From positions 736,001 through 800,000 of the forward strand of contig OZ224045.1 in the NCBI GenBank assembly GCA_963665325.3: a stretch of 64,000 bases of DNA, in the 5' to 3' direction. This DNA is from Alphaproteobacteria bacterium. Lineage in GTDB: Bacteria > Pseudomonadota > Alphaproteobacteria > Bin95. The notes under the pieces are model-generated. The model was given only the letters and a program-made list of their open reading frames with translations. It searched no databases and was not told the DNA's origin. A program made the position numbers and the translations under genes. Positions 41,193 to 50,002 of the stretch are shown piece by piece. How positions within the stretch are numbered: position 1 is the stretch's first letter; every line of letters begins with the position of its first letter.

Positions 41193-41241
41193 GTGCAACC
41201 GGGCGCGAGATCGAACCCGGTTTTGCACACACGTGCAACCG
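41193..41241. repeat. Short direct and inverted repeats upstream of integrase 1 (candidate arm-type sites)
   Basis: GTGCAACCG at 41193-41201 and 41233-41241; inverted variant CGGTTTTGCAC at 41218-41228. Confidence 0.5.
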
Positions 41242-41258
41242 ATCGGGGAGCCGCAGTC

Positions 41259-42386
41259 ATGGCAGCCATTCGCCTCACCCAGCGCCGGGTCGATACCCTC
41301 CGGCCCCGCAAGGCCGTCCGTAATGTCCGGGACGCGGAACTGAAGGGATACGGCGTCCGGATCATGCCCTCGGGCGCAAAGCGGTATTTCATCCACAGCC
41401 AGCACCGGGGCCATCGGGTCTGGAAGATCGTCGGCGACGCGGCGGTCATGACCGAAGCCGAGGCGCGCGCCCGCTCCCGGTCCATGCTGGCCGCGCTGCG
41501 CGACGACAAGGATATCGAAGCGGTCGCTTCCGGCGATGTGCTGTTCGAGACCGTCGCCGAGGAAGTCTTTTCCCGCTATGGCAGGCGCTGGAAGCCGCGC
41601 ACGCTTGAGGTCAACCGCGGTTATCTCCACAACCAGATCCTGCCCTTCTTCGCGGGCCGGCCTGTCGCGGAGATCGACCGGGAGGAGGTGCAGCGCTGGT
41701 TCCGCTCGCTCCATGCGACCCCGGCGGCGGCGAACCGTTCGGCGCCGGTCCTGTCGGTCATCATGCAGCAGGCCGAAGCCTGGGGGTATCGTCCCGATGG
41801 CGGCAACCCCTGCAAGGGCATAAAGCGCTTCCGGCAGAAGCGGTCCGAGCGCTTCCTGTCGCCGGAGGAATACCGCCGCCTCGGCATGGTTCTGGACCGG
41901 CATGAGCGAGAATACCCATTCCATGTCGCGGCCCTGCGCCTGCTTCTGCTGACCGGCTGCCGGAAGTCGGAGATCGTCACGCTGGAATGGCGCTTCTACC
42001 GCGACGGTCACCTGTTCCTTCGCGACAGCAAGACCGGGCCGCGCACGGTCTGGCTCTGCCAGGCGGCCCGGGACGTTCTCGACGGGCTGCCGCGGTCGCA
42101 GCGATGGGTATTCCCCATCGAAGGCCGTCGCGCGCCCTGGAGCTGGCTGGATGCCTTCTGGATGCAGCTGCGCGCCGAGGCGGGCCTTGAAGACGTGCGC
42201 CTTCATGACACGCGGCACAGCTACGCCAGCATGGCGCTGTCGAGCGGCGAGACGATCCGCACGGTGGGGCGGCTGCTGGGCCATGACCATGCGGCGACCA
42301 CGCTGAAATACGCGCATCTTTCCGACGCGACGGTCCGGGAGACGGTCGAGGCCCTGGCGCCGCTGCTCTCGGGGACGCAGTCATGA
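41259..42386 (+). CDS. Tyrosine recombinase/integrase 1 with N-terminal arm-DNA-binding domain
   Basis: RDAELKGYGVRIMPSGAKRY arm domain; catalytic set TGCR, SKTG, HDTR, GH...TLKY intact; GGGGAG RBS. Confidence 0.93.
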   Translation: MAAIRLTQRRVDTLRPRKAVRNVRDAELKGYGVRIMPSGAKRYFIHSQHRGHRVWKIVGDAAVMTEAEARARSRSMLAALRDDKDIEAVASGDVLFETVAEEVFSRYGRRWKPRTLEVNRGYLHNQILPFFAGRPVAEIDREEVQRWFRSLHATPAAANRSAPVLSVIMQQAEAWGYRPDGGNPCKGIKRFRQKRSERFLSPEEYRRLGMVLDRHEREYPFHVAALRLLLLTGCRKSEIVTLEWRFYRDGHLFLRDSKTGPRTVWLCQAARDVLDGLPRSQRWVFPIEGRRAPWSWLDAFWMQLRAEAGLEDVRLHDTRHSYASMALSSGETIRTVGRLLGHDHAATTLKYAHLSDATVRETVEALAPLLSGTQS

Positions 42387-43690
42387 CGGGCAAGGCAAGG
42401 AAGATACGCCTGACGGATGCAGGCGTCGCGAGATTGCGTCCCGGCAGCACCGAATACATCGTCAGGGACAACCGCGTTGCCGGGCTTGGCGTCCGGATTC
42501 GCCCTTCCGGGCATCGCAGTTTCGTGTGGCACGGGACCGTGAACGGCAGGGCGATGCGGACGACCGTCGGTTCGGCCGCGCTGATGACGGTGGAGGAAGC
42601 CCGGATCGAATGCCGGGCCTTGCTGGACGGCTCGCATCCACTTTGCGCCGGAGACCCTGCCGACCGGATTGCCGTTCCCCTCTTCCGGGATTTCGTAATG
42701 GAGGACTGGCTGCCGGCGCGGCGGAGCCATTGCAGCGCCGGCTGGGGCGAGCGCGTGGAACAAATGGTCCAGCGTCGGCTTCTGCCGGCCTTCGGCACGC
42801 TTCGCCTCGACCGTATCGGCAGGCCCCGGGTCGAGCGCTGGTTCGACGCCGTGAGCCGCAAGACGCCGGGCGCGGCCAACATGGCGCTCTCCCTGCTGCG
42901 CCAGATCATGAGCGCCGCGAAAGCCGCCGGCCATGTCGGCACCGACCCGGTCGCGGGCGTCAGGTCGAACCCGCGCCGGAAGATGACCCGGTTCCTGTCC
43001 GCAGAAGAGATCGGCCGGCTTCACCGGACCCTGGACCGCCTTGTGGAGGAACGGCCCTCGCGCCGGCCGCAGGCCGACATCATTCGCCTGCTTCTGCTGA
43101 CCGGCTGCCGGAAGAGCGAAATCCTGACGCTTCGATGGTCGGAGGTCGATGGCGACATGCTCAGATTGGCCACGGCCAAGACGGGGCCGCGCGCGGTATG
43201 GCTGAGCGAGGCGGCGCAGGTCGTCATCGCCCGCCAGCCGCGAACGGGAAGCACTTTCGTGTTTCCCTCGCCACGGGGCCCGGCAAGGCCGTTCTGCCAC
43301 AATCTCCCTTTCTGGCGCCGGGCAAGGCGGGAGGCGGGGATCCAGGATGTGCGCCTGCACGATTTGCGCCATACGGTAGCGAGCCAGGCAGTGGCCCGGG
43401 GCGTCCCGCTGCCGACCGTTGCCCGGATGCTTGGACATGCGCAGCCGACCATGACGCTGCGATACGCCCATGTCGGTGACCGCGAAGTCGAAGCTGCCGC
43501 AGAGCGGGTCGGGGCGATCATCGCTGAGGCTATAGCCTTTGGGTCGGTTGTGATGGGAGTGCTTCCGGACGCCGGGCTGCCGGTTGCCTGGAATGTTTCG
43601 TCTTCGCCTGCCATGGACAGCAGCCCCGGGGGTGCAGCCCACCGACGCCCGGCGCCCACGGCAGTCCCCGCATGCCGTCCTTTCCCATGA
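42383..43690 (+). CDS. Tyrosine recombinase/integrase 2 with N-terminal arm-DNA-binding domain
   Basis: RDNRVAGLGVRIRPSGHRSF; TGCR, AKTG, HDLR, GH...TLRY intact; 4-bp overlap with integrase 1. Confidence 0.93.
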   Translation: MTGKARKIRLTDAGVARLRPGSTEYIVRDNRVAGLGVRIRPSGHRSFVWHGTVNGRAMRTTVGSAALMTVEEARIECRALLDGSHPLCAGDPADRIAVPLFRDFVMEDWLPARRSHCSAGWGERVEQMVQRRLLPAFGTLRLDRIGRPRVERWFDAVSRKTPGAANMALSLLRQIMSAAKAAGHVGTDPVAGVRSNPRRKMTRFLSAEEIGRLHRTLDRLVEERPSRRPQADIIRLLLLTGCRKSEILTLRWSEVDGDMLRLATAKTGPRAVWLSEAAQVVIARQPRTGSTFVFPSPRGPARPFCHNLPFWRRARREAGIQDVRLHDLRHTVASQAVARGVPLPTVARMLGHAQPTMTLRYAHVGDREVEAAAERVGAIIAEAIAFGSVVMGVLPDAGLPVAWNVSSSPAMDSSPGGAAHRRPAPTAVPACRPFP

Positions 43691-43712
43691 CCGGTGCTCC
43701 GACTGCCCGCCG

Positions 43713-44981
43713 GTGCCTCTCGCGCACCCGGCGCCGCCCCCCGAGGCCGCCGGCGAGGACCGCAGCGCCGCGGCCGGGGAACTGCCCGATGTCTGGATAG
43801 AGGCCGCCGCCGGCGCGTTCAGCGCCAATACCGGGCGCGCGCTGAAGGCCGATATGCGCATCTACAGGGCATGGTGCGCCGAAGAAGGGAGAGAGGCGCT
43901 GCCGGCCGCGCCCGACACGATCGTCGCCTTCGTGGACCCGATGGCGGCGACGCGCGCGCCGGCCACGGCGCGCCGCTACGTCGCCAGCATCGCGATGGCA
44001 CACCGGGCGGCCGGCAGCCCGGAGGCGCCGCGGAGCCCGGAGGTCAAGCTCGCGCTGAAGCGCACGCACCGCGACAGGGGACGCCGCCAGGCGCAGGCGC
44101 CCGGCCTCACCTGGCCGCTCAGGCAAAGACTGGCCGAGGCAACCGGAGACCGCCCGATCGACATCCGCAACCGCGCCCTCCTGGCCGTCGCCTACGACAC
44201 CATGCTTCGCCGCTCGGAACTTGCCGCGCTCAGGGTGTGTGACCTCGAGGTCGACGGGACGACCGGCGCGGGCACCGTGCTGGTGCGCAACTCCAAGACC
44301 GACGCCGAGGGCGAAGGCGCCGTGCTCTACGTCGCGCCCGACAGCATGGCGCTGCTGGCCGAGTGGCTGGAGTGGAGCGGCATTGCCGACGGGCGGCTGT
44401 TCCGTTCGCTCTGCCGCGGGCGGTTGGGCGAGGCGCTCGACCCGAGCCAGATCCCGCGCATCTACAAGACCATGGCGAGGCAGGCCGGGATCGAGGCCGG
44501 CCTGGCCGACCGCCTCTCCGGGCACAGCACCCGCGTGGGCGCGGCGCAAGACATGGTCGCACACGATATGAAGCTGCCGGCGATCCAGCAGGCCGGGCGC
44601 TGGAAGAGCCCCGACATGGCGACCCGCTACGGCGAGCGCCTCCTGGCGTCGCGCGGCGCCGCCGCGCATCTCGCCCGCCTGCAGGGGCGGGACGGACCCG
44701 CCGCGCGACGGTCCCCGCCGGCGCCGGCATCGGCCGTGCTCCCGGTTTGCGGTCTCCCGGATCGGGGCGCGCGCCGGGGCCAGGCCCTCCGCCGCCTCCT
44801 GGGCGGCGATGGCGCCGAATCCCGTTTCCACTGCGCCGATCCCCGACCGCTCGGCCGCGATCTTCTCAGCCTCCGCCAGGAACCTCCCGATCCCGCTCCG
44901 TTGCCTCAACATGCCGATGCCGTCGCGTGGCCCGGCCGCCGGTTCGAACACGAACTGTCGATGAGGAGGCGGCCGCCATAA
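43713..44981 (+). CDS. Cre-like tyrosine recombinase (start uncertain, C-terminal tail)
   Basis: RNRALLAVAYDTMLRRSEL, SKTD, SGHSTRVGAAQDM, AGRW..PDMATRY: the Cre-type R-K-H-R-W-Y set. Confidence 0.88.
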   Translation: MPLAHPAPPPEAAGEDRSAAAGELPDVWIEAAAGAFSANTGRALKADMRIYRAWCAEEGREALPAAPDTIVAFVDPMAATRAPATARRYVASIAMAHRAAGSPEAPRSPEVKLALKRTHRDRGRRQAQAPGLTWPLRQRLAEATGDRPIDIRNRALLAVAYDTMLRRSELAALRVCDLEVDGTTGAGTVLVRNSKTDAEGEGAVLYVAPDSMALLAEWLEWSGIADGRLFRSLCRGRLGEALDPSQIPRIYKTMARQAGIEAGLADRLSGHSTRVGAAQDMVAHDMKLPAIQQAGRWKSPDMATRYGERLLASRGAAAHLARLQGRDGPAARRSPPAPASAVLPVCGLPDRGARRGQALRRLLGGDGAESRFHCADPRPLGRDLLSLRQEPPDPAPLPQHADAVAWPGRRFEHELSMRRRPP

Positions 44982-45167
44982 TCCGGCCAGGGCTCCGGGT
45001 CGGCTCGGCGAGACCCTCATTCGCCCCCGTCGCCGAAACTGGAGCCGTCCCGCTGGCAAATCCGTGTTTTATGTGAATCCGTCAGGATTCGCGGCAACTC
45101 TGGCCAGGGCATGAAAAGCCCAGCTTATTCAGCAAGTTATGACAGTGCATTTGCCGCCGGCCCACAC

Positions 45168-45209
45168 CCGGTCTTCGTGCCGTAAGCGGGTGAATTTCAA
45201 CTGCTGACC
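45168..45209 (+). repeat. Degenerate direct repeat, copy A
   Basis: ccggtcttcg-tgccgt-aagcgggtgaatttcaactgctgacc; 34 of 43 aligned columns identical to 56885-56926 (manual alignment). Confidence 0.7.
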
Positions 45210-45383
45210 ACGACTGGCCCTTCATGACCCTTTCGTCGCAATTCGGAGCGCCCCCGGCTCCCTACCTGTCTCATCCTTGAGCGCCAACCAATGAGTTTAC
45301 GACCGACGCACAAGTTTGTCAGACGGGAACTGGTGCCACCGTACATTGCGGCGACGACTCGCCCATCGTTTTCTCGCGTCGCC

Positions 45384-45758
45384 CTATGTGGACCAAGCGT
45401 CGTAGACATTGCGCAATTCCTCGATCCAAAATTGCTCCTCATCCACTATTTGCCGTCCACGTGACCGGGCCAGCTGGAAGAATCCGGTTCCCGGTTTCAA
45501 ATCGCCCGTCTTGTGCACTACCACGACAGTGAGCAATCCCCGGCCGTCTTCGTCCTCTTCCGACGAGATTTGGCCAAGCATGTGAGCTAGATGAGTCCCA
45601 TTTGGCTCCAGAATGCAGCTCGTGATCTTCCGAACCAAGTCTGAGTAGGCGATCACGCTCTTGGACCGCGCAACAGCGATCATGGCCTGCCGTGCCTCTT
45701 CCTTCGCCGCGGACCATTGATCTTCTGAGAACCCGTGTTTGAAGCCCTCGCGTAGCAT
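45384..45758 (-). CDS. Small hypothetical protein, putative winged-helix-like DNA-binding domain
   Basis: IAYSDL...LGQIS...LLTVVVV..TG...PGTGFF pattern resembles small domains seen in defence islands; family not assigned. Confidence 0.7.
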   Translation of the reverse strand: MLREGFKHGFSEDQWSAAKEEARQAMIAVARSKSVIAYSDLVRKITSCILEPNGTHLAHMLGQISSEEDEDGRGLLTVVVVHKTGDLKPGTGFFQLARSRGRQIVDEEQFWIEELRNVYDAWST

Positions 45759-45934
45759 TAGCCGATCCCCGTCTTACCGGGAGGTGCCGTGACCTCCGGA
45801 CACGCCATTTCCCTCTTCCCCGTCAGCGCCGCCCGTCCGCTCATTCCCGACCTCGTAGCAATCCGCATTCCCCAAAGCCCACTTTGTCCTCTCCCCGAGA
45901 TACCGCAAGCCGAGATTCGCCTCCAGCGTCCGGC

Positions 45935-46179
45935 ATTGAAGTGCTGCCATCGCGGGGCGGTCGTCGTGTCTGGTCGGCCGACTCGAAGGCGCGGATCGTA
46001 GCGGAGACGCTTGCGGCGGGGGCGACCTTGCGCGAAGATCTGACGTCCATGAGACGCAAATGACGGGCTGGCGTCGCCTGGCACGGGTTGGACGTCTTGT
46101 TCTGTCGGCGGTGCAGACGGCGGTAGAGTTCGCGCCGCTGGTGGTCGGGAGCCCAATCAAGCCACCACGGCCTGTCTGA
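45935..46179 (+). pseudogene. IS66-family OrfA (TnpA, HTH) relic
   Basis: GRRVWSADSKARIVAETLAAGAT, then a frameshift to QMTGWRRLARVGRLVL...EFAPLVV; no tnpB/tnpC follows. Confidence 0.7.
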
Positions 46180-46361
46180 GCGTTGGCCGGCTCGATACAA
46201 GGCCGGCGCGGTTTGCGGCTGCCACCCCGCCACTTGAGCTATGGGCAACACGCGGACATCATTCGTCTATCACCGAGACCGCCCCTTTGGGCGATAATGC
46301 CGGTCGGCGTCGATCACCTCGCCGACGATGCGGGCCTGAATTCGAGGGGTCAACGACAGTA

Positions 46362-48839
46362 ATGGCCATCAAGAAGTCCGACCTCTACTCCTCTCTCTGG
46401 CAGTCCTGCGACGAACTCCGCGGCGGGATGGACGCGAGCCAGTACAAGGACTACGTCCTGTTCCTGCTGTTCATCAAATACATCAGCGACAAGTACGGGG
46501 ACAGCAACGACCTCGTCCCGCCCGTAACGATCCCCACGGGCGCGAGCTTCTCGGACATGCTCGAGCTGCGCGGCAAGAGCGACATCGGCGACAAAATCAA
46601 TACGCAGGTCATCGCCCCGCTTGTGCAGGCCAACGCGCGCCTGGCGCGCAGCGATTTCCCCGACTTCAACGACCCGAACAAGCTCGGCGAAGGGGACGAG
46701 AAGGTACAGCGGCTGACAAACCTGATCAGCATCTTCGACAGACCGGAACTCGACTTCTCGCAGAACCGCGCCGAGCACGACGACATCCTGGGCGACGCCT
46801 ACGAGTACCTGATGCGCCACTTCGCTACCGAGAGCGGCAAGAGCAAGGGACAATTCTACACGCCCGCCGAGGTCAGCCGTGTCATCGCCCAGGTAATCGG
46901 GATCTCGCCAGCGAACACGAAGGCATCCACCACCGCCTATGACCCGACCTGCGGCTCGGGCTCGCTGCTCCTCAAGGTGGCCGCCCAGGCAGGCAAGCGG
47001 ATTACCCTCGAAGGGCAGGAGAAGGATGTGACCACGGCGGGTCTGGCCCGCATGAACATGATCCTCCACGACTTTCCGACGGCGAATATCGTCGCGGGCA
47101 ACACGCTGGCTGCACCCAGGTTCAAGGACGGCGAGCGCCTCCGCACCTACGACTACGTCGTTGCCAACCCGCCGTTCTCTGACAAGACCTGGACGACCGG
47201 GCTCACGCCGCCCACCGACCCGTTCCAACGCTTTACCTGGGGCGAGCCGCCAGCCAAGCAGGGCGACTACGCGTACCTGTTGCACATCGTCCGTTCGATG
47301 CAGAGCACGGGAAAGGCCGCCTGCGTGCTGCCGCACGGAGTGCTGTTCCGCGGCAATGCCGAAGCCACGATCCGCGAGCAGCTTGTCCGCTCCGGCTACC
47401 TCAAGGGGATTATTGGACTGCCCTCGAACCTCTTTTTCGGCACCGGCATCCCCGCCTGCATCATTGTACTCGACAAGGAGAATGCTGCAGGTCGCAGAGG
47501 CGTCTTCATGATCGACGCCTCCAGGGGTTTCAGGAAGGACGGTCCCAAGAACCGGCTGCGCGAACAGGACATTCACAGGATCGTCGATACGTTCATGCGG
47601 CAGGTTGAAATACCGCGCTTCGCCCGCATGGTGCCATTCGAGGAGATCGCCGACCGGAAGAACGGCTTCAACCTCAACCTGCCGCGCTACATCGACAGCA
47701 CCGAACCCGAGGATCTGCAGGACATCGACGCCCACCTGCACGGCGGCATTCCGGAACGCGACGTGGACGCGCTTGGGGCGTACTGGCAGGTGCTCCCGAA
47801 CGTGCGCAGCTTCCTTTTCGAATGCGACAGTCGCCCCGGTTACGCGCGACTGAAGCCGCCGCTCACCGAGGTGAAGCGTGCGATCTTCGAGCACCCCGAG
47901 TTCACCGGTCTTCAGGAGACGACCGCGAAGGTTTTTCGTGATTGGCGCGAGGCCACCACGCCGCGACTCACAGGCTTCGGCAAGGGTGGTCACCCGAAGG
48001 AATTGATCGAGACCATCGCGGAGGATTTGTTGGCGGCGTTCCGGCAGTCACCGTTGCTTGATGCCTACGATGTCTACCAGCGTCTGATGGACTACTGGGG
48101 TGAATCAATGCAGGACGACGCTTACCTGATCGCCGCCGACGGCTGGCTGAACGGGGCGGAGCCGCGTGAAGTCGTCCAAGTGAAAGGCAAGAATGGTAAG
48201 CTCGCTTGGCCCGAACAGCACGATTACCTGAAGGGCAAGCGGCGCTTCAAATCGGATCTCGTCCCCGCGTCGATTCTGATCGCCCGCTACTTCGTTGCCG
48301 AACGCTCTGCACTTGAAGCGCTGGACGAACGACTTATCGCGCTGGCGCAACAGCTCGACCAATTGCGCGAGGAGAATAGCGGCGAGGACGGGTTGCTGGC
48401 TGAGGTGATCGAAGGCAACGGCGACAAACAGAAGATCACCGCGAGGGCTGTAAAGGCGCGGTTGAAGGAGATCAATTCTGACTATCTTTACGCCGACGAA
48501 CGAGCAGCACTCGAGCAGTACGCAGACCTACTAAAACAGCAATCAGACGTCAACTCGAAACGCAAGGCTGCGCAATGGGATTTGGACCGAAAGATCGACG
48601 CGAAATACCCGAAGCTCACTGAGACCGAGGTCAGAACGTTGGTGGTAGATGACAAATGGATGGTCCACCTGTCAGCCTCCGTGCACAGCGAGGTCGGCCG
48701 CGTCCCTCAGACACTCTACGGCCGCATTTGCCAACTATCCGGGCGCTACGGGACGACGTTACCAGACCTCGTCGACGGTTTGGATACACTCGCCGCTCGC
48801 GTCGAAGAACACCTCAAGATGATGGGCGCCGCACGATGA
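46362..48839 (+). CDS. hsdM: Type I R-M methyltransferase subunit
   Basis: LRGGMDASQYKDY, GQFYTP, DPTCGSG, NPPF, PHGVLFRG. Confidence 0.96.
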   Translation: MAIKKSDLYSSLWQSCDELRGGMDASQYKDYVLFLLFIKYISDKYGDSNDLVPPVTIPTGASFSDMLELRGKSDIGDKINTQVIAPLVQANARLARSDFPDFNDPNKLGEGDEKVQRLTNLISIFDRPELDFSQNRAEHDDILGDAYEYLMRHFATESGKSKGQFYTPAEVSRVIAQVIGISPANTKASTTAYDPTCGSGSLLLKVAAQAGKRITLEGQEKDVTTAGLARMNMILHDFPTANIVAGNTLAAPRFKDGERLRTYDYVVANPPFSDKTWTTGLTPPTDPFQRFTWGEPPAKQGDYAYLLHIVRSMQSTGKAACVLPHGVLFRGNAEATIREQLVRSGYLKGIIGLPSNLFFGTGIPACIIVLDKENAAGRRGVFMIDASRGFRKDGPKNRLREQDIHRIVDTFMRQVEIPRFARMVPFEEIADRKNGFNLNLPRYIDSTEPEDLQDIDAHLHGGIPERDVDALGAYWQVLPNVRSFLFECDSRPGYARLKPPLTEVKRAIFEHPEFTGLQETTAKVFRDWREATTPRLTGFGKGGHPKELIETIAEDLLAAFRQSPLLDAYDVYQRLMDYWGESMQDDAYLIAADGWLNGAEPREVVQVKGKNGKLAWPEQHDYLKGKRRFKSDLVPASILIARYFVAERSALEALDERLIALAQQLDQLREENSGEDGLLAEVIEGNGDKQKITARAVKARLKEINSDYLYADERAALEQYADLLKQQSDVNSKRKAAQWDLDRKIDAKYPKLTETEVRTLVVDDKWMVHLSASVHSEVGRVPQTLYGRICQLSGRYGTTLPDLVDGLDTLAARVEEHLKMMGAAR

Positions 48840-50002
48840 GCGCATGGGCTACGCTGCCCCTAGGCCAAGTGGTGACGTTCCAACGTGGCTACGATCTCCC
48901 ACATCACGCTCGGAAAACCGGAGAGATACCGATCATCAGCTCGGCTGGCGTTACCGACTTCCACGACGTGGCAATGGTCGATCCTCCCGGAGTCGTCACG
49001 GGCCGATACGGCACAATTGGAGAGCTCTTCCTAATCACTGAGCCGTTCTGGCCGCTGAACACGACGCTCTACGTCCGAGACTTCCATAGTAACGACCCGG
49101 GTTTCATTTACTACCTCCTGCAGAGGTTTGACTTCGCTTCTTTCAGCGGAAAAAGCGGAGTGCCAGGAGTAAACCGCAATGATCTTCATGTTGAAACGGT
49201 GTCACTGCCTACCAATCCCTTCGAGCAACATGTCATTGCGGCGGCGTTAAGCGATGTGGACGCGCTCTTAGACCGGTTGAGTCGGGTTATCGCCAAAAAA
49301 CGGGACCTAAAGTTGGCCGCTATGCAGCAGCTCCTGACGGGCCGGACGCGCCTCCCTGGATTCGATGGCGAGTGGGTTATTCAACGGCTGGGTGATCATG
49401 TTGAATTTCTACGAAACGGTGTGAACTCACGCGCTGAGCTTCTCCCAGAAGGTACTGTAAGATATCTCCACTATGGCGATATCCATGCTTGCAATGACAC
49501 TTATCTTTCCGTCGCTTTGCTCCCGTGCTTGCCTGACACAAAAGCGGCATCGCTTGATCGCCTGCAAGACGGCGATTTGATCTTTGCCGATGCATCGGAG
49601 GATGTCGCCGGAGTTGGTAAGTCGGTGGAGGTGAAAGAAGTTTGCAGTACGGAGGTCGTGTCGGGGTTGCACACAATCGCAGCACGTTTCGACAAAGAAG
49701 TGCTCGCCGACGGTTTCAAGGGCTTTCTTCAGTTCTGTCCACTGTTCGTGGCCCAGCTTCGTCGCCTCGCCTCAGGAACCAAAGTCTATGCAACTAACCG
49801 TGCACATATAGCGGGTATCGAGATGCCCCTACCTCCGGTTGGTGAGCAAGCGGCGATCACCACCGTCCTCTGCGACATGAATGCCGAAATTGCCGCCTTG
49901 GAAGCGCGGCGCGACAAGACATACGACCTGAAGCAGGCGATGATGCAAGAGCTGCTCACCGGTAAGACACGGCTCGTCGAGCCACAGACGGCTCATGCCT
50001 GA
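48836..50002 (+). CDS. hsdS: Type I R-M specificity subunit
   Basis: Two TRDs separated by repeated conserved blocks EQ..IA/T...MQ(Q/E)LLTG(R/K)TRL; overlaps hsdM and hsdR. Confidence 0.93.
   Translation: MSAWATLPLGQVVTFQRGYDLPHHARKTGEIPIISSAGVTDFHDVAMVDPPGVVTGRYGTIGELFLITEPFWPLNTTLYVRDFHSNDPGFIYYLLQRFDFASFSGKSGVPGVNRNDLHVETVSLPTNPFEQHVIAAALSDVDALLDRLSRVIAKKRDLKLAAMQQLLTGRTRLPGFDGEWVIQRLGDHVEFLRNGVNSRAELLPEGTVRYLHYGDIHACNDTYLSVALLPCLPDTKAASLDRLQDGDLIFADASEDVAGVGKSVEVKEVCSTEVVSGLHTIAARFDKEVLADGFKGFLQFCPLFVAQLRRLASGTKVYATNRAHIAGIEMPLPPVGEQAAITTVLCDMNAEIAALEARRDKTYDLKQAMMQELLTGKTRLVEPQTAHA

Noticed and set aside
41259-44981. Integron integrase with attC array, or canonical RIT element
   Set aside because: No IntI-specific insertion, no RYYYAAC...GTTRRRY attC pattern seen, and no clear 30-38 bp terminal inverted repeats; domain make-up differs from RIT as I recall it.
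45050-45095. dif-like or loxP-like site after the Cre-like gene (ttatgtgaat; gaatcc-gtca-ggattc)
   Set aside because: No matching XerC-side arm and no 13-8-13 symmetry; the palindrome is only 6 bp.
45150-45210. tRNA-Sec or another tRNA as integration target (ccggtcttc resembles a selC anticodon stem)
   Set aside because: No UCA anticodon loop, T-loop GTTCGA or acceptor stem; no tRNA recognised anywhere in the window by eye.
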